DNA of 24,000 nt from Oscillospiraceae bacterium (lineage in GTDB: Bacteria; Bacillota; Clostridia; Oscillospirales; JAVBQB01): assembly GCA_963678505.2 (NCBI GenBank), contig CAXXFP010000010.1, positions 78,775-102,774 on the forward strand, given 5' to 3'. Below the pieces are notes generated by a model, which was not told the origin of the DNA, did not search any database, and worked only from the letters and a program-made list of their open reading frames with translations. Shown here piece after piece: positions 1 through 10,140 of the stretch. Position 1 is the first letter of the stretch; the number at the start of each line of letters is the position of its first letter. The position numbers were made by a program, and so were the translations under genes.

Positions 1-166
1 CCGCGACGCCGGAATAGCGGTGCGGCCGGGTCCCTGAAAATACATGAGGTTTCCCCGCCTGCCGAAGGGCCTGCGGGGGATGACAGATATCGCAGATCAT
101 TTCCCGCGCGATCTGATCGGCGTATGGTTCTTTATTTATGTAACGCGCGGAGAAATGACGGTTTTT

Positions 167-1243
167 ATGGAAAAGCAGAAAGCTCTTGAAACTGCGCTGG
201 CACAAATTGAAAAGCAATACGGAGCCGGGGCGGTCATGCGTCTGGGACAAAACAGCAAGCTCAACGTGGCGGCCATCTCAACGGGCTCTCTGTCGCTGGA
301 CATTGCCCTGGGAATAGGCGGCGTGCCGCGCGGACGCATTGTTGAGATATTTGGCCCTGAATCCTCAGGAAAAACGACGCTTGCGCTGCATATCATCGCA
401 TCCGCGCAGAAGGCGGGCGGGGTGGCCGCGTTCATCGACGCCGAGCATGCGCTCGACCCCATATATGCGCAGGCGCTGGGCGTTAATATCGAAGATCTTC
501 TCGTATCACAGCCCGATAACGGCGAGCAGGCGCTGGAAATTACCGAGGCGCTTGTGCGCAGCGGCGCAGTCGACGTGGTTACCATCGACTCCGTTGCGGC
601 ACTTGTTCCCCGCGCCGAGATCGAAGGGGAAATGGGCGACGCCTTTGTCGGATTGCAGGCACGGCTCATGTCGCAGGCGCTGCGCAAGCTGGCCGGCGTT
701 ATCGGAAAGAACAACACCGTCGCCATCTTTATTAACCAGCTGCGTGAAAAGGTAGGCGTGATGTACGGAAACCCCGAGGTTACGACCGGCGGCCGCGCGC
801 TCAAGTTTTATTCGAGCGTGCGTATCGACGTGCGTAAGCAGGAGACCATCAAGGTGGGCGCCGATGTTCTCGGCAACCGCACGCGTGCCCGCGTGGTAAA
901 AAATAAAATCGCGCCGCCCTTCAAGGAAGCGGAATTTGACATTATGTACGGCGAGGGGATCTCACGTACGGGTGAAATTCTTGATCTTGGAGAACGGCTG
1001 GGTGTCGTGCAAAAAAGCGGCTCGTGGTTTACCTCGGGTGAGATACGCCTTGGACAGGGCAGGGACAACGCAAAACAGTATCTCAAGGACAATCCCGAGC
1101 TTGCGGATAAGCTGGAGGCCGAAATCCGCGCCAATTCGGACAAGCTGGTCGCGCTGTCGAAGAGCGCAAAGTCGGCTGGAAAGGCAAAAGCGGCTGGAAA
1201 GCCCGTTGCCGTGATTCCGGATGAAGATGCCCAGGCAAAATGA
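167..1243 (+). CDS. recA: Recombinase RecA
   Basis: Frame of ORF 44..1243. [28 protein letters not shown]-terminus and Walker [10 protein letters not shown] are canonical RecA. Start trimmed to ATG 167 (ATG 155 also possible); the upstream 41 codons look like read-in. Confidence 0.95.
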   Translation: MEKQKALETALAQIEKQYGAGAVMRLGQNSKLNVAAISTGSLSLDIALGIGGVPRGRIVEIFGPESSGKTTLALHIIASAQKAGGVAAFIDAEHALDPIYAQALGVNIEDLLVSQPDNGEQALEITEALVRSGAVDVVTIDSVAALVPRAEIEGEMGDAFVGLQARLMSQALRKLAGVIGKNNTVAIFINQLREKVGVMYGNPEVTTGGRALKFYSSVRIDVRKQETIKVGADVLGNRTRARVVKNKIAPPFKEAEFDIMYGEGISRTGEILDLGERLGVVQKSGSWFTSGEIRLGQGRDNAKQYLKDNPELADKLEAEIRANSDKLVALSKSAKSAGKAKAAGKPVAVIPDEDAQAK

Positions 1244-1712
1244 GCGGGATAACGAACCGCTCCGGCACAGAGCCCGTGCTTCGGCGGCGGGCATGCTGTC
1301 GCGCCGGCCGCTTTCTAAAATCAGGCTGATCGAAAAGCTGGTGGAAAAGGGCTACAGCGAGGCACTCGCACTGGAAACTGCCGAGTGGCTTGAATCCATC
1401 GGCTCCCTTAATGACGGGGAGTTTGCCGCAATGCTGGCACTTCGGTACCGCGCGCGTGGATACGGGCCGTACCGGATACAAAACGAACTGAAACGCCACG
1501 GCATCGACAGCGATATTACCGAGCAGACGCTTGGGGAAATGCCGGAAACAAACGAAGCCATCGACCGGTTTATCCGGGCAAGGCTGAAGGGTGAAAAGCC
1601 GGACAGATTGCAGCTTAAGCGCCTGTCCGACGCGCTTTTTCGCAAAGGATTCGGCTGGGACGAAATTCGCGAAGCGATTGACCGATATTTTGATACGGAG
1701 GAAACGGACTGA
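1221..1712 (+). CDS. recX: Recombination regulator RecX
   Basis: 163-aa ORF immediately after recA, overlapping its 3' end by 23 nt. Helical-repeat sequence ([20 protein letters not shown]...[21 protein letters not shown]...) and recA-recX synteny. Exact start (1221/1227) uncertain. Confidence 0.85.
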   Translation: MKMPRQNERDNEPLRHRARASAAGMLSRRPLSKIRLIEKLVEKGYSEALALETAEWLESIGSLNDGEFAAMLALRYRARGYGPYRIQNELKRHGIDSDITEQTLGEMPETNEAIDRFIRARLKGEKPDRLQLKRLSDALFRKGFGWDEIREAIDRYFDTEETD

Positions 1713-3043
1713 TGGCCGAGAAGGTTGGACTGATATCACTGGGATGCGCGAAAAACCTTGTAAACAGCGAGCAGATGCTCTGGCTGCTTGACGAGGCGGG
1801 CTATGAGATCACACCGGAGGCGGAAAATTCCGACGTGGTGATCGTCAACACCTGCAGCTTTATCGAAAGCGCGAAAAGTGAAGCCATTGAGAATATTCTG
1901 GAGCTTGCCGGACTGAAAAAAGAAGGCAAAATCAAAAAAATCATTGTGGCGGGTTGTCTGGCCGAGCGGTATAAGGATGAAGTGCTCGAGCAGATCCCGG
2001 AAGTCGACGCGCTCGTCGGCTGCGGCAGCTTTGGACGGATCGTTTCGGCGGTCGACAAGGTGCTTGAAAATGAAAAACTCAACTATTTCGATGATGTCAG
2101 CACCTCCGACGAGGAAGGCTCCCGCGTGCTGACGACGCCGGAGCATACGGCCTATATCAAGATTGCCGAGGGCTGCGACAACTGCTGCGCCTACTGCGTG
2201 ATCCCGTCCCTTCGCGGAAAATATCGCTCCAGACCCATGGAGCGCATCCTTGAAGAGGCGTCGGCGATCGCCCAGGGCGGCGCAAAGGAACTGATCGTGA
2301 TCGCGCAGGACATTACGCGTTACGGGCTTGACCTTTACGGGGAGCGCAGGCTTTCCGACCTGCTGCGCGCTATGTGCGAAATTGAAGGCGTGGAGTGGAT
2401 CCGGCTGCACTATCTGTATCCGGACGGCTTTACCGAAGCGCTCACCCAAACCATTGCCCAGGAAGATAAAATCGTAAAATATCTGGATATTCCGATCCAG
2501 CACATTAACGACGATTTGCTCAAGAGGATGAACCGCCGCGGGACAGGGCAGGAAATCGAAGCGTTGTTTTCTTCGCTGCGCGCGCGCATTCCGGGGCTCG
2601 TGCTGCGTACAAGCATCATCGTCGGGCTGCCGGGCGAAACGGAAACGGAGTTTACCCAGCTTTGCAGCTTTTTAAAAAGGGCAAAAATCGAGCGCGCGGG
2701 TGTTTTCCCATATTCCGCAGAGGAAGGCACTCCGGCGGCGCTGATGGAGGGACAGGTGCCTGAAGACATGAAGTTCCGGCGCGCGGAGATCGTCATGGGC
2801 ATTCAGCAGAAAATTATGGACGCCTATAACCGCAGGATGAAGGGGCAGCAGCTTCGCGTTCTGTGTGAGGGCTTTGACCGGTATGCGGACTGCTATTTCG
2901 GCCGCAGCTTCGCCGATTCTCCGGAGATAGACGGCAAGGTGTTCTTTAAAAGTGATGAAAAGCTGTCCGAGGGAGCGCTCATAAACGTGCAGATTACGGG
3001 CAGCATAGACGGGGATCTGCGCGGGAAAGCTGTTATAGAATAG
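1712..3043 (+). CDS. rimO: Ribosomal protein S12 methylthiotransferase RimO (radical SAM MTTase)
   Basis: N-terminal MTTase domain (VGLISLGCAKNLVNSE), radical-SAM CxxxCxxC (CDNCCAYC), C-terminal TRAM-like tail. ATG overlaps the recX stop (TGATG). Confidence 0.9.
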   Translation: MAEKVGLISLGCAKNLVNSEQMLWLLDEAGYEITPEAENSDVVIVNTCSFIESAKSEAIENILELAGLKKEGKIKKIIVAGCLAERYKDEVLEQIPEVDALVGCGSFGRIVSAVDKVLENEKLNYFDDVSTSDEEGSRVLTTPEHTAYIKIAEGCDNCCAYCVIPSLRGKYRSRPMERILEEASAIAQGGAKELIVIAQDITRYGLDLYGERRLSDLLRAMCEIEGVEWIRLHYLYPDGFTEALTQTIAQEDKIVKYLDIPIQHINDDLLKRMNRRGTGQEIEALFSSLRARIPGLVLRTSIIVGLPGETETEFTQLCSFLKRAKIERAGVFPYSAEEGTPAALMEGQVPEDMKFRRAEIVMGIQQKIMDAYNRRMKGQQLRVLCEGFDRYADCYFGRSFADSPEIDGKVFFKSDEKLSEGALINVQITGSIDGDLRGKAVIE

Positions 3044-3076
3044 ATTGCGGATAAATCAGGCATATGGAGCATTAGT

Positions 3077-3655
3077 ATGAAAAATACTGCAAATATGATA
3101 ACAATGGCGCGCATCGCGCTGATACCGGTGTTTATGTGGGCGGTATTCAGCTCATTTCCGTATTCCGGCGTGGTCGCGCTGGGTATTTTTATTGTGGCGA
3201 GCCTTTCCGACGGGGTGGATGGCTATGTCGCGCGGCACTATAATCAGGTGACGACCTTCGGGAAGTTTATCGATCCGCTGGCGGACAAGCTGCTTGTGAC
3301 CAGCGCGCTGTTTATTTTTGTGGAAAAGGGACAGATGGGGAGCTGGGCGGCCATGCTCATCGTGGCGCGCGAGTTTGCCGTGACCTCGCTGCGCGTGGTG
3401 GCCATGTCCGAGGGCACGGTGGTTTCGGCCGGTATTTCGGGAAAGATAAAGACCTTTGTACAAATTATCTGCATCACGATTATGCTGACAAGCTGGGCGG
3501 CCGTGCCGGTACTGTCCCAAAGCGTGACGGTCGGCATTCTGGCCGGTTGGGTCATGGTCGCCGTTACCCTCTGGTCTGGCTTCGTCTATTTTCACGAGCA
3601 CCGCGCACTGTTTATACAAAATGTTACGCCCCGGACGGGGCAAAAGGACAGATAA
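3077..3655 (+). CDS. pgsA: CDP-diacylglycerol--glycerol-3-phosphate 3-phosphatidyltransferase
   Basis: CDP-alcohol phosphatidyltransferase motif D-G-x2-A-R-x8-G-x3-D-x3-D present (DGYVARHYNQVTTFGKFIDPLAD). Hydrophobic multi-TM protein. GGAG 8 nt upstream of ATG. Confidence 0.9.
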   Translation: MKNTANMITMARIALIPVFMWAVFSSFPYSGVVALGIFIVASLSDGVDGYVARHYNQVTTFGKFIDPLADKLLVTSALFIFVEKGQMGSWAAMLIVAREFAVTSLRVVAMSEGTVVSAGISGKIKTFVQIICITIMLTSWAAVPVLSQSVTVGILAGWVMVAVTLWSGFVYFHEHRALFIQNVTPRTGQKDR

Positions 3656-3683
3656 GGCTTTTTTCAGGCAAAAGAACCATTCG

Positions 3684-3724
3684 GTGTTTTGGACAGGCGG
3701 CGGCGCGCCGCCTGTCCAAAACAC
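3684..3724. terminator. 41-nt perfect GC-rich palindrome after pgsA (possible terminator or insulator hairpin)
   Basis: gtgttttGGACAGGCGGCGgcgCGCCGCCTGTCCaaaacac. The T-run is 5' and the A-run 3' on the + strand, so there is no classical U tail. Confidence 0.4.
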
Positions 3725-3753
3725 TTGACACACCTTGTGTTTATCCGTAATAT
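3725..3753 (+). promoter_or_regulatory. SigA-type promoter of the cysE-cysS leader
   Basis: TTGACA (3725-3730), 17-nt spacer, TAATAT (3748-3753). Confidence 0.6.
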
Positions 3754-3759
3754 ATTGAG

Positions 3760-4035
3760 TATGAAAACCTGAATATTTTTTACCGCGATGAACGGAAAGA
3801 GTAGTGCGGGCGAGGCAATCAGAGAGGGCGGCCAATGTGCTGGAAGCTGCCTGTGCCGGACCGGCGTGAAGTGCGTCTGTGAGCGGGAGGGCGGGAAAAA
3901 CAGTATCGCCCTCCGTGCGGCCGCGTTAAGGCCTGTGGGCTATGGCGCGCGCAAGCCGTCCGGCCTGAAGTGATAAATTAGAGTGGAACCGCGGTTAACG
4001 CCCGCCTCTTTTGGGAGGACGGGTGTCTTTATATC
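3760..4035 (+). promoter_or_regulatory. T-box leader (tRNA-Cys-responsive) with terminator
   Basis: Stem I elements seen in order: GAUGA, AGAGUA, AGAGAG, then GAA-g-UGC-G (candidate Cys specifier UGC at 3872-3874). T-box sequence AAUUAGAGUGGAACCGCG at 3975-3993. Its UGGA matches a U73 discriminator, as in tRNA-Cys. Terminator stem 4001-4008/4015-4023 followed by UGUCUUUAU. Located upstream of cysE-cysS. Confidence 0.8.
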
Positions 4036-4187
4036 CCCCCGCGTTTGTCCTTGTTCATCGAAAGCACGATGCTGCGCGGATACGTCCGCGCCGCCGCTTT
4101 CATCCGGCGGGCCGCCCGCTTTATTCAGGCGGCATGAACACCTCGTGCGGGAAGCGTTTCCGGCATGCGGCGTGATTGGGGGATTTT

Positions 4188-4847
4188 ATGTTTAAAAGCA
4201 TTCGGGAGGACATTGATTCCATTCGGGAAAGAGATCCGGCCGCGCGTTCACGCACCGAAGTGCTGCTGCTGTATTCGGGGCTGCACGCGCTTATTTATCA
4301 CCGCATCGCAAACTGGTTTTACAGGCATAAAATGCTGTTTCTTGCGCGTTGGGTCTCGCAGTCTTCCCGGTTTTTGACCGGGATAGAGATCCATCCGGCG
4401 GTAAAAATAGGAAAAGGGCTGTTCATTGACCACGGTTCGGGCGTGGTCATCGGTGAAACGGCCGAAATCGGCGATTATGTCACGCTCTATCAGGGCGTGA
4501 CGCTGGGCGGCACGGGCAAGGAAAAGGGCAAACGGCATCCGACGATCTGCGATTATGCGATGGTTGGGTCGGGCGCGCGTGTGCTGGGACCCGTGGTCAT
4601 CGGCGCGCGCGCGAAAATCGCGGCCGGCGCGGTGGTGCTTGACGATGTGCCCGACGACGCGACCGCCGTGGGCGTGCCCGCGCGCGTGGTGCGCCTTGCA
4701 GGCAAAAAAGTCGAGTCCCAGCAGCTCGACCAGATTCATATGCCCGATCCCGTCTCGCTGGAGCTTTGTAAGCTGCAGGCGGAGTTTGACAGGCTCAAGG
4801 GCGAGCTGGACGCGTGCCGCGCCAAAAACAGTAAGACCGGGGAATGA
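4188..4847 (+). CDS. cysE: Serine O-acetyltransferase
   Basis: N-terminal SATase helices ([30 protein letters not shown]) and hexapeptide-repeat beta-helix ([24 protein letters not shown]). Start moved to ATG 4188, which has GGGGGA 5 nt upstream. Confidence 0.9.
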   Translation: MFKSIREDIDSIRERDPAARSRTEVLLLYSGLHALIYHRIANWFYRHKMLFLARWVSQSSRFLTGIEIHPAVKIGKGLFIDHGSGVVIGETAEIGDYVTLYQGVTLGGTGKEKGKRHPTICDYAMVGSGARVLGPVVIGARAKIAAGAVVLDDVPDDATAVGVPARVVRLAGKKVESQQLDQIHMPDPVSLELCKLQAEFDRLKGELDACRAKNSKTGE

Positions 4848-4929
4848 AAAAATCGGCCCGCCACGCGGGCTGTGATACGCCGCCGGAAATGCGCGCGGAG
4901 CGCGGGCGGCAGCAAATCGGGAGGTAAAC

Positions 4930-6315
4930 GTGAAAATTTATAATACGCTGAGCCGGTGCAAGGAAGACCTTGCGCCCATCGCGCCCCCGCAGGTTAAAAT
5001 CTATTCCTGCGGCCCGACCGTGTATTCCTTTGCCCACATCGGGAACATGCGCACCTATGTTTTTATGGATCTCCTGCGCCGTACGCTCAAATTAAACGGG
5101 TTTGTTCCGCTTCATGTGATGAACATCACCGACGTGGGGCATCTGACTGACGACGCCGACGACGGCGAGGATAAGATGGTGCGCGGCGCGCGTGAGCAGA
5201 AAAAAACGCCGTGGGAAATCGCGCAGTACTATACCGACGTCTTTTTGCAGGATATCGATTCCCTCAACATCGACAGACCCGAGATCATCCCGCGCGCGAC
5301 GGAGCACATCGAGGAGATGATCGCCTTTGTTGAGGGGCTTGTTAACAACGGGTACGCGTATGAGACGAGCGACGGCATTTATTTCGACATTGAGAAATTC
5401 GCCGACTACGGCAAGCTGTCCGGGCTTTCGCTGGACGATCAGCTCTCCGGCGCGCGCGTAGAGGTCAACCCCGAAAAACATCATCCGTCGGATTTTGCGC
5501 TGTGGAAAAAAGCGCCGAAGGAGCACATCATGCAGTGGCCGTCGCCGTGGGGAATGGGCTATCCGGGCTGGCATATCGAATGCTCCGCCATGTCCAGAAA
5601 GTATCTGGGCGACTTTTTTGACATTCATACGGGCGGCGTGGATCACATCCCCGTCCATCATGAAAACGAGATTGCGCAGTCGGAAGGGCTGCTGGGTCAT
5701 CCGGCGGTCAAATACTGGATGCACGGCGAGTTCATGCTGGTAAACGGCGGCAAAATGTCCAAAAGCCTGAAGAATACCTATACGCTCACCGAGCTTGCGC
5801 AAAAGGGCTTTTCACCGCTCCATTTCCGGTATTTCTGCTTAAACGCGCATTATCGCAACAAGCTCAATTTTACCTGGGACGGCATGAGCGCGGCCAAGGT
5901 TTCCTTTGAGCGTTTGCTTGCCGGCGTGATGGCGCACAAGGGCGCTGCCGGCAGCGTGCCCGCCGGTGTGATTGACGACCTGCGCGCGCAGTTTTTGGAT
6001 GCGGTCAACGACGATTTAAACGTCCCGAAGGCGCTGGGCATTGTTTGGAACATGGTTCGCCTGCCGGAAAAATCGGACGAGGTGTACAGGATGCTTATTG
6101 CGTGCGACGCGATTTTGGGGCTTGACCTTGACCGGCAGCCCGCGCAGCAGGCCGAGACGGCGCATGATCCGGAAATTGAAGCGCGTATACAGGCGCGCCA
6201 ACAGGCCAAAAAGGACAAGGATTTTGCGCTGGCCGACAGCATCCGCGACGAGCTCAAGGCAAAGGGTATTGTGCTCCAGGACACCCCGCAGGGTGTGAAG
6301 TGGCATAAAGAGTAG
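4930..6315 (+). CDS. cysS: Cysteine--tRNA ligase
   Basis: Class I aaRS with HIGH-type motif (AHIGN) and KMSKS. GTG start preceded by GGGAGG. Follows cysE as in Firmicutes cysES operons. Confidence 0.95.
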   Translation: MKIYNTLSRCKEDLAPIAPPQVKIYSCGPTVYSFAHIGNMRTYVFMDLLRRTLKLNGFVPLHVMNITDVGHLTDDADDGEDKMVRGAREQKKTPWEIAQYYTDVFLQDIDSLNIDRPEIIPRATEHIEEMIAFVEGLVNNGYAYETSDGIYFDIEKFADYGKLSGLSLDDQLSGARVEVNPEKHHPSDFALWKKAPKEHIMQWPSPWGMGYPGWHIECSAMSRKYLGDFFDIHTGGVDHIPVHHENEIAQSEGLLGHPAVKYWMHGEFMLVNGGKMSKSLKNTYTLTELAQKGFSPLHFRYFCLNAHYRNKLNFTWDGMSAAKVSFERLLAGVMAHKGAAGSVPAGVIDDLRAQFLDAVNDDLNVPKALGIVWNMVRLPEKSDEVYRMLIACDAILGLDLDRQPAQQAETAHDPEIEARIQARQQAKKDKDFALADSIRDELKAKGIVLQDTPQGVKWHKE

Positions 6316-6414
6316 CATTTGCTGTTTTTCACGCCGCCGCGCGGCGGCGCGAGCTGACCGTATGCCCGGGTGCGCGGTAAGCAGCTCAACCCGGCGGCGT
6401 AAGAAGGGGTTCGT

Positions 6415-6924
6415 ATGGAGCTTTGGGATTTATATGACGCACAGCACTCGCCGACAGGCAAAACAATGCGGCGCGGTCAGCCTGTGCCCAAGGGACTATA
6501 TCATCTGGTCGTGCACATCTGGATCGTAAACCCCGCGGGGGAGTTTCTCATCCAAAAGCGCGCGCCGGGTGTGGATATGTGGAAAAACCTTTGGTTTACG
6601 ACGGGCGGCAGCGCGGTGACCGGCGAGGACGGGCGCGCGGCTGCTGCGCGTGAGGTTTTTGAGGAACTGGGCGTCGCGCCCGATATGGACAGGGCGCAAA
6701 GGCTCTTTACCATCCGGCGCGAGGATAATTTCAGCGACATATGGCTGATCCGGCAGGAAATCAGTCTGGAACAGATAAAAATGCAGAAAAGCGAGGTTTC
6801 TCAGGTTGCATGGGCATCGCGCGGGGACATTGAGCAGCTCGTCAAAACGGGTGCGTTCGTATATTTTCCCTATATGAGCGAGGTGTTTGCGCTTACCGGA
6901 AACAAAGCGGAGGATAAGGCATGA
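6415..6924 (+). CDS. NUDIX hydrolase
   Basis: Complete Nudix box G-x5-E-x7-REUxEExGU (GSAVTGEDGRAAAAREVFEELGV). Stop overlaps the polA start (ATGA). Confidence 0.85.
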   Translation: MELWDLYDAQHSPTGKTMRRGQPVPKGLYHLVVHIWIVNPAGEFLIQKRAPGVDMWKNLWFTTGGSAVTGEDGRAAAAREVFEELGVAPDMDRAQRLFTIRREDNFSDIWLIRQEISLEQIKMQKSEVSQVAWASRGDIEQLVKTGAFVYFPYMSEVFALTGNKAEDKA

Positions 6925-9581
6925 AACTCATGGTCATAGACGGCAACTCCATACTTAATCGCGCTTTTTATGGGGTGCGGCTGCTTTCAAACCGCGACGG
7001 TCTGTATACAAACGCTGTCTATGGCTTTTTAAGCATACTTTTTAGGCTGCTCGACGAGCGCGCGCCGGATGCGCTGTGCGTATGCTTTGATTTAAAGGCG
7101 CCCACCTTCCGGCATCTGTCCTTCGAGGGCTATAAATCGCGCCGTACAGCCATGCCTGAAGAGCTTCAGGTGCAGATGCCGGTCGTCAAAGAAGTGCTCG
7201 ATGCGATGCATATTGCACGCTTTGAGCTGGAGGGCTTTGAGGCCGACGACCTCATCGGCACCATCAGCAGACGCAGCGACAGCGCGGGCTGGGACTGTGA
7301 GATCGTAACGGGCGACCGCGACAGCCTTCAGCTGGTGAGCGACCGCGTGAAGTCTTTGCTCGTTTCCACCGTGCAGGGGCAGACACAGACGAAGGAATAT
7401 ACGCCTGCGCGCATCAAAGAGGAATACGGCCTTACCCCCGCCCAGATCATCGACCTGAAGGGGCTGATGGGCGACAAGTCCGACGACATTCCGGGCGTGG
7501 CCGGCGTGGGTGAAAAAACGGCGCTCGAGCTTGTGCGAAATTTCGGGTCTATTGAGGAGATTTATCAAAGGCTGGACACGCTGGATATACGCGAAAGCGT
7601 GCGCAATAAGCTGCGCGCGGGCAGCGAAATGGCGGCGGTCAGCCGCAGGCTGGCCACCATCGACTGCGACACGCCCATTGATTTTTCTCCGGAAAAAGCG
7701 CTTTTGCGCGAACCGGACAACGATATGCTTTATCAGCTGTTTATAAAGCTTGAGTTTAAGACGTTTATGAATAAACTTAAGCTGGGCAAGCCTCAGGACG
7801 CGCCGAAGGACGCGCCGAAGGACGCGCTGGCGTTTATTCTGCCGCCGCACAGCCCCGTTTCCGGCACGCAGGCGCTCGATAAGCTTATTGCGGCGTGCGC
7901 CGCAGAACAGGCCGTGGGTTTTGCCTGTGCGCAGAGTCTTGACGCACTGGCACTGAGCACCGCAGACATGACCTATACGGTTTGCCGTGCGGATCATGAC
8001 GAGCAGGCGTATGAGCGTTTTCTGCACGCTGTTTTCTCCGATAAAATCAAAAAGGCAGGACATGATTTGCGCCCGCTGTTTGTAAGCCTTATGGCGCAAG
8101 GGTTTTGCGTGGACGGCTTTATGTTTGACGCGGCGCTTGGGGCTTATCTGCTTAACCCATCCGAGAGCGGCTATACGATTGAAAAAACAGCGCTGCGGCT
8201 GCTGAGTTTAGAGATTCCGCCGTCGGGCGCCTACGATGCGGAAAACGCTTTTTCGCCCCTTTCCGATCGCGGCGCGGCGCTCGACGCGATCGCGGCGCAT
8301 GCCGCGGTGACGTTTGAGGAATATAAGCGCATGGCGCCTGAGCTTGAAAAGCTTGAGATGAAGGAGCTTTATTATTCTGTCGAGCTTCCGCTGTGTCAGG
8401 TGCTCGCGGACATGCAGCACACAGGCTTTAAGGTGGATAAAAGCCGTCTGACGGAGTTTCAGGACAGTCTGGGACGGCGCATGGAGGACTGCGAAAAGCG
8501 GGTCTACGCGCTCGCAGGCGGACCTTTTAACATTAACTCGACCAAACAGCTCGGGCAGCTGCTGTTTGAAACGCTGGAGCTTCCGGCGGTAAAGAAGAAT
8601 AAAACGGGGTATTCCACCGACATAGATGTGCTTGAAAAGCTCAAAAGCAGGCACCCGATTATCGAGCAAATCATAGAATACAGGCAGCTGAGCAAGCTTA
8701 AAAGCACCTATGCCGACGGGCTTTTAAAGGTGATCCGGCCCGACGGGAAGATCCATTCCTCCTTTAACATGACTGCCACGACGACGGGCAGGATATCCTC
8801 GACCGACCCAAATCTTCAGAACATCCCCATCCGGCAGGATCTGGGCAGCGAGGTGCGCCGGATGTTCATTGCAGGGCAGCCGGACTGGGTGCTCATTGAC
8901 GCGGACTATTCGCAGATCGAGCTGCGAATCCTGGCGCACATCGCAAAGGATCCCGTGATGATCCGCGCGTTTGAAAGCGGAGAGGATATCCATACGGTGA
9001 CCGCCTCGCAGGTCTTTAACGTACCCGTCGAAGAGGTTACCTCGCTGATGCGCAGGAATGCCAAGGCGGTCAATTTCGGCATTGTTTACGGCATTTCGGA
9101 ATTTTCCCTGTCTGAGGATATCGGCGTATCGCGTGCGGAGGCACGGCGGTATATGGATAATTATCTGGAAAAGTACGCAGGCGTGCGCACCTATATGAAG
9201 GAAATTGTCGAGCGCGCCAAGCGCGACGGATATGTAACCACGCTCATGGGGCGCAGACGGTACCTGCCTGAGCTTAAATCCTCAAACTACAACATTCGTT
9301 CCTTTGGAGAGCGCGTGGCGCTCAATACGCCCATTCAGGGAAGCGCTGCGGATATCATCAAGCTGGCTATGGTAAACGTATGGCACAGGCTCAAAAAAGA
9401 GGGGTTTCGTGCAAAGCTCATTTTGCAGGTGCACGATGAGCTGATTGTGGAAGCGCCGCTTGAAGAGGCGCAAGCAGCCAAGCGCCTTTTAGTGGAAGAA
9501 ATGGAATCAGCCATGCACCTGAGCGTTGCGCTGCTGGCCGACGCGTCCGACGGATACACCTGGTATGACGCGAAAAAATGA
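6921..9581 (+). CDS. polA: DNA polymerase I
   Basis: 5' nuclease N-terminus. Family A motifs DYSQIELRILAH (A), RRNAKAVNFGIVYG (B), QVHDELIVE (C). The central 3'-5' exo-like domain lacks the DxE, NxxYD and YxxxD motifs by eye, as in Bst/Taq-type enzymes. Confidence 0.95.
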   Translation: MKLMVIDGNSILNRAFYGVRLLSNRDGLYTNAVYGFLSILFRLLDERAPDALCVCFDLKAPTFRHLSFEGYKSRRTAMPEELQVQMPVVKEVLDAMHIARFELEGFEADDLIGTISRRSDSAGWDCEIVTGDRDSLQLVSDRVKSLLVSTVQGQTQTKEYTPARIKEEYGLTPAQIIDLKGLMGDKSDDIPGVAGVGEKTALELVRNFGSIEEIYQRLDTLDIRESVRNKLRAGSEMAAVSRRLATIDCDTPIDFSPEKALLREPDNDMLYQLFIKLEFKTFMNKLKLGKPQDAPKDAPKDALAFILPPHSPVSGTQALDKLIAACAAEQAVGFACAQSLDALALSTADMTYTVCRADHDEQAYERFLHAVFSDKIKKAGHDLRPLFVSLMAQGFCVDGFMFDAALGAYLLNPSESGYTIEKTALRLLSLEIPPSGAYDAENAFSPLSDRGAALDAIAAHAAVTFEEYKRMAPELEKLEMKELYYSVELPLCQVLADMQHTGFKVDKSRLTEFQDSLGRRMEDCEKRVYALAGGPFNINSTKQLGQLLFETLELPAVKKNKTGYSTDIDVLEKLKSRHPIIEQIIEYRQLSKLKSTYADGLLKVIRPDGKIHSSFNMTATTTGRISSTDPNLQNIPIRQDLGSEVRRMFIAGQPDWVLIDADYSQIELRILAHIAKDPVMIRAFESGEDIHTVTASQVFNVPVEEVTSLMRRNAKAVNFGIVYGISEFSLSEDIGVSRAEARRYMDNYLEKYAGVRTYMKEIVERAKRDGYVTTLMGRRRYLPELKSSNYNIRSFGERVALNTPIQGSAADIIKLAMVNVWHRLKKEGFRAKLILQVHDELIVEAPLEEAQAAKRLLVEEMESAMHLSVALLADASDGYTWYDAKK
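7797..7828 (+). repeat. 12-bp tandem repeat (GACGCGCCGAAG x2.7) inside the polA linker
   Basis: Direct reading. Encodes DAPKDAPKDA between the 5' nuclease and exo-like domains. Confidence 0.7.
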
Positions 9582-9702
9582 TGAGCCGTCGGCTTTTTAG
9601 GAATTGCCGCCGGGGTGCCGGCGCATGAAAAAAACTGACTGTGAAACGGACGGGGGAGCGCGGGTTCGCGTTTTTTGCACCGACGTGGGGAGGGAGGAGA
9701 CT

Positions 9703-10140
9703 ATGAAGAATATTTTGTTTGTCTGTACGGGCAATACCTGCCGCAGCCCCATGGCCGAAGGGCTTTTTAATCTGGAGGCGGAAAAGGCGGGTCTGCCGGC
9801 GCGTGCGATTTCCTGCGGTATGGCCGTTTATTCGGGCGACCCGCCTACGCAGCAGGCAGTTGACGCGGCAAAAAAATACGGTGCGGACATTTCCGGACAT
9901 CGAGCAATCATGGTTTCCGACGCGCTTTTGGGGCTTTCCGACCGTGTTTTCTGCATGACAGGCGAGCATGCGCAAAGGCTCAAAGCGCGCTTTCCGGAGT
10001 ATGCCCACAAGGTTTTTTTGCTGGGCATGCAGGATATCGACGACCCGTTCGGGCAGGGGCAGGACCGGTATGACGAGACAGCCGCGCAGATATACGGCGC
10101 TGTTAAGGACCGCGTCGCGCAGATGGGCGGCGAAGTATGA
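9703..10140 (+). CDS. Low-molecular-weight protein tyrosine/arginine phosphatase
   Basis: N-terminal P-loop CTGNTCRSP (C-x5-R-S) right after ATG 9703, which has AGGGAGGAG upstream. The longer ORF from 9604 is rejected. Confidence 0.85.
   Translation: MKNILFVCTGNTCRSPMAEGLFNLEAEKAGLPARAISCGMAVYSGDPPTQQAVDAAKKYGADISGHRAIMVSDALLGLSDRVFCMTGEHAQRLKARFPEYAHKVFLLGMQDIDDPFGQGQDRYDETAAQIYGAVKDRVAQMGGEV

Noticed and set aside
136-804. 222-aa minus-strand ORF (and other + frame ORFs) inside recA
   Set aside because: It is antisense or an alternate frame of an unmistakable recA gene, with Ala/Ser/Pro/Arg-rich composition typical of shadow ORFs in high-GC DNA.
1083-2503. Minus-strand ORFs of 218 and 255 aa over recX/rimO
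   Set aside because: They are shadow ORFs opposite well-supported genes, with no RBS or recognisable motifs.
3152-3835. 227-aa minus-strand ORF over pgsA and its terminator
   Set aside because: It is antisense to pgsA and runs through the palindromic hairpin. Its Arg/His/Gly-rich composition looks like junk.
3788-4195. Short + strand ORFs (61 and 70 aa) between pgsA and cysE
   Set aside because: They lie within the T-box leader and its downstream hairpins. The region is better explained as regulatory RNA.
7092-8099. 335-aa minus-strand ORF inside polA
   Set aside because: It is a shadow ORF opposite polA.
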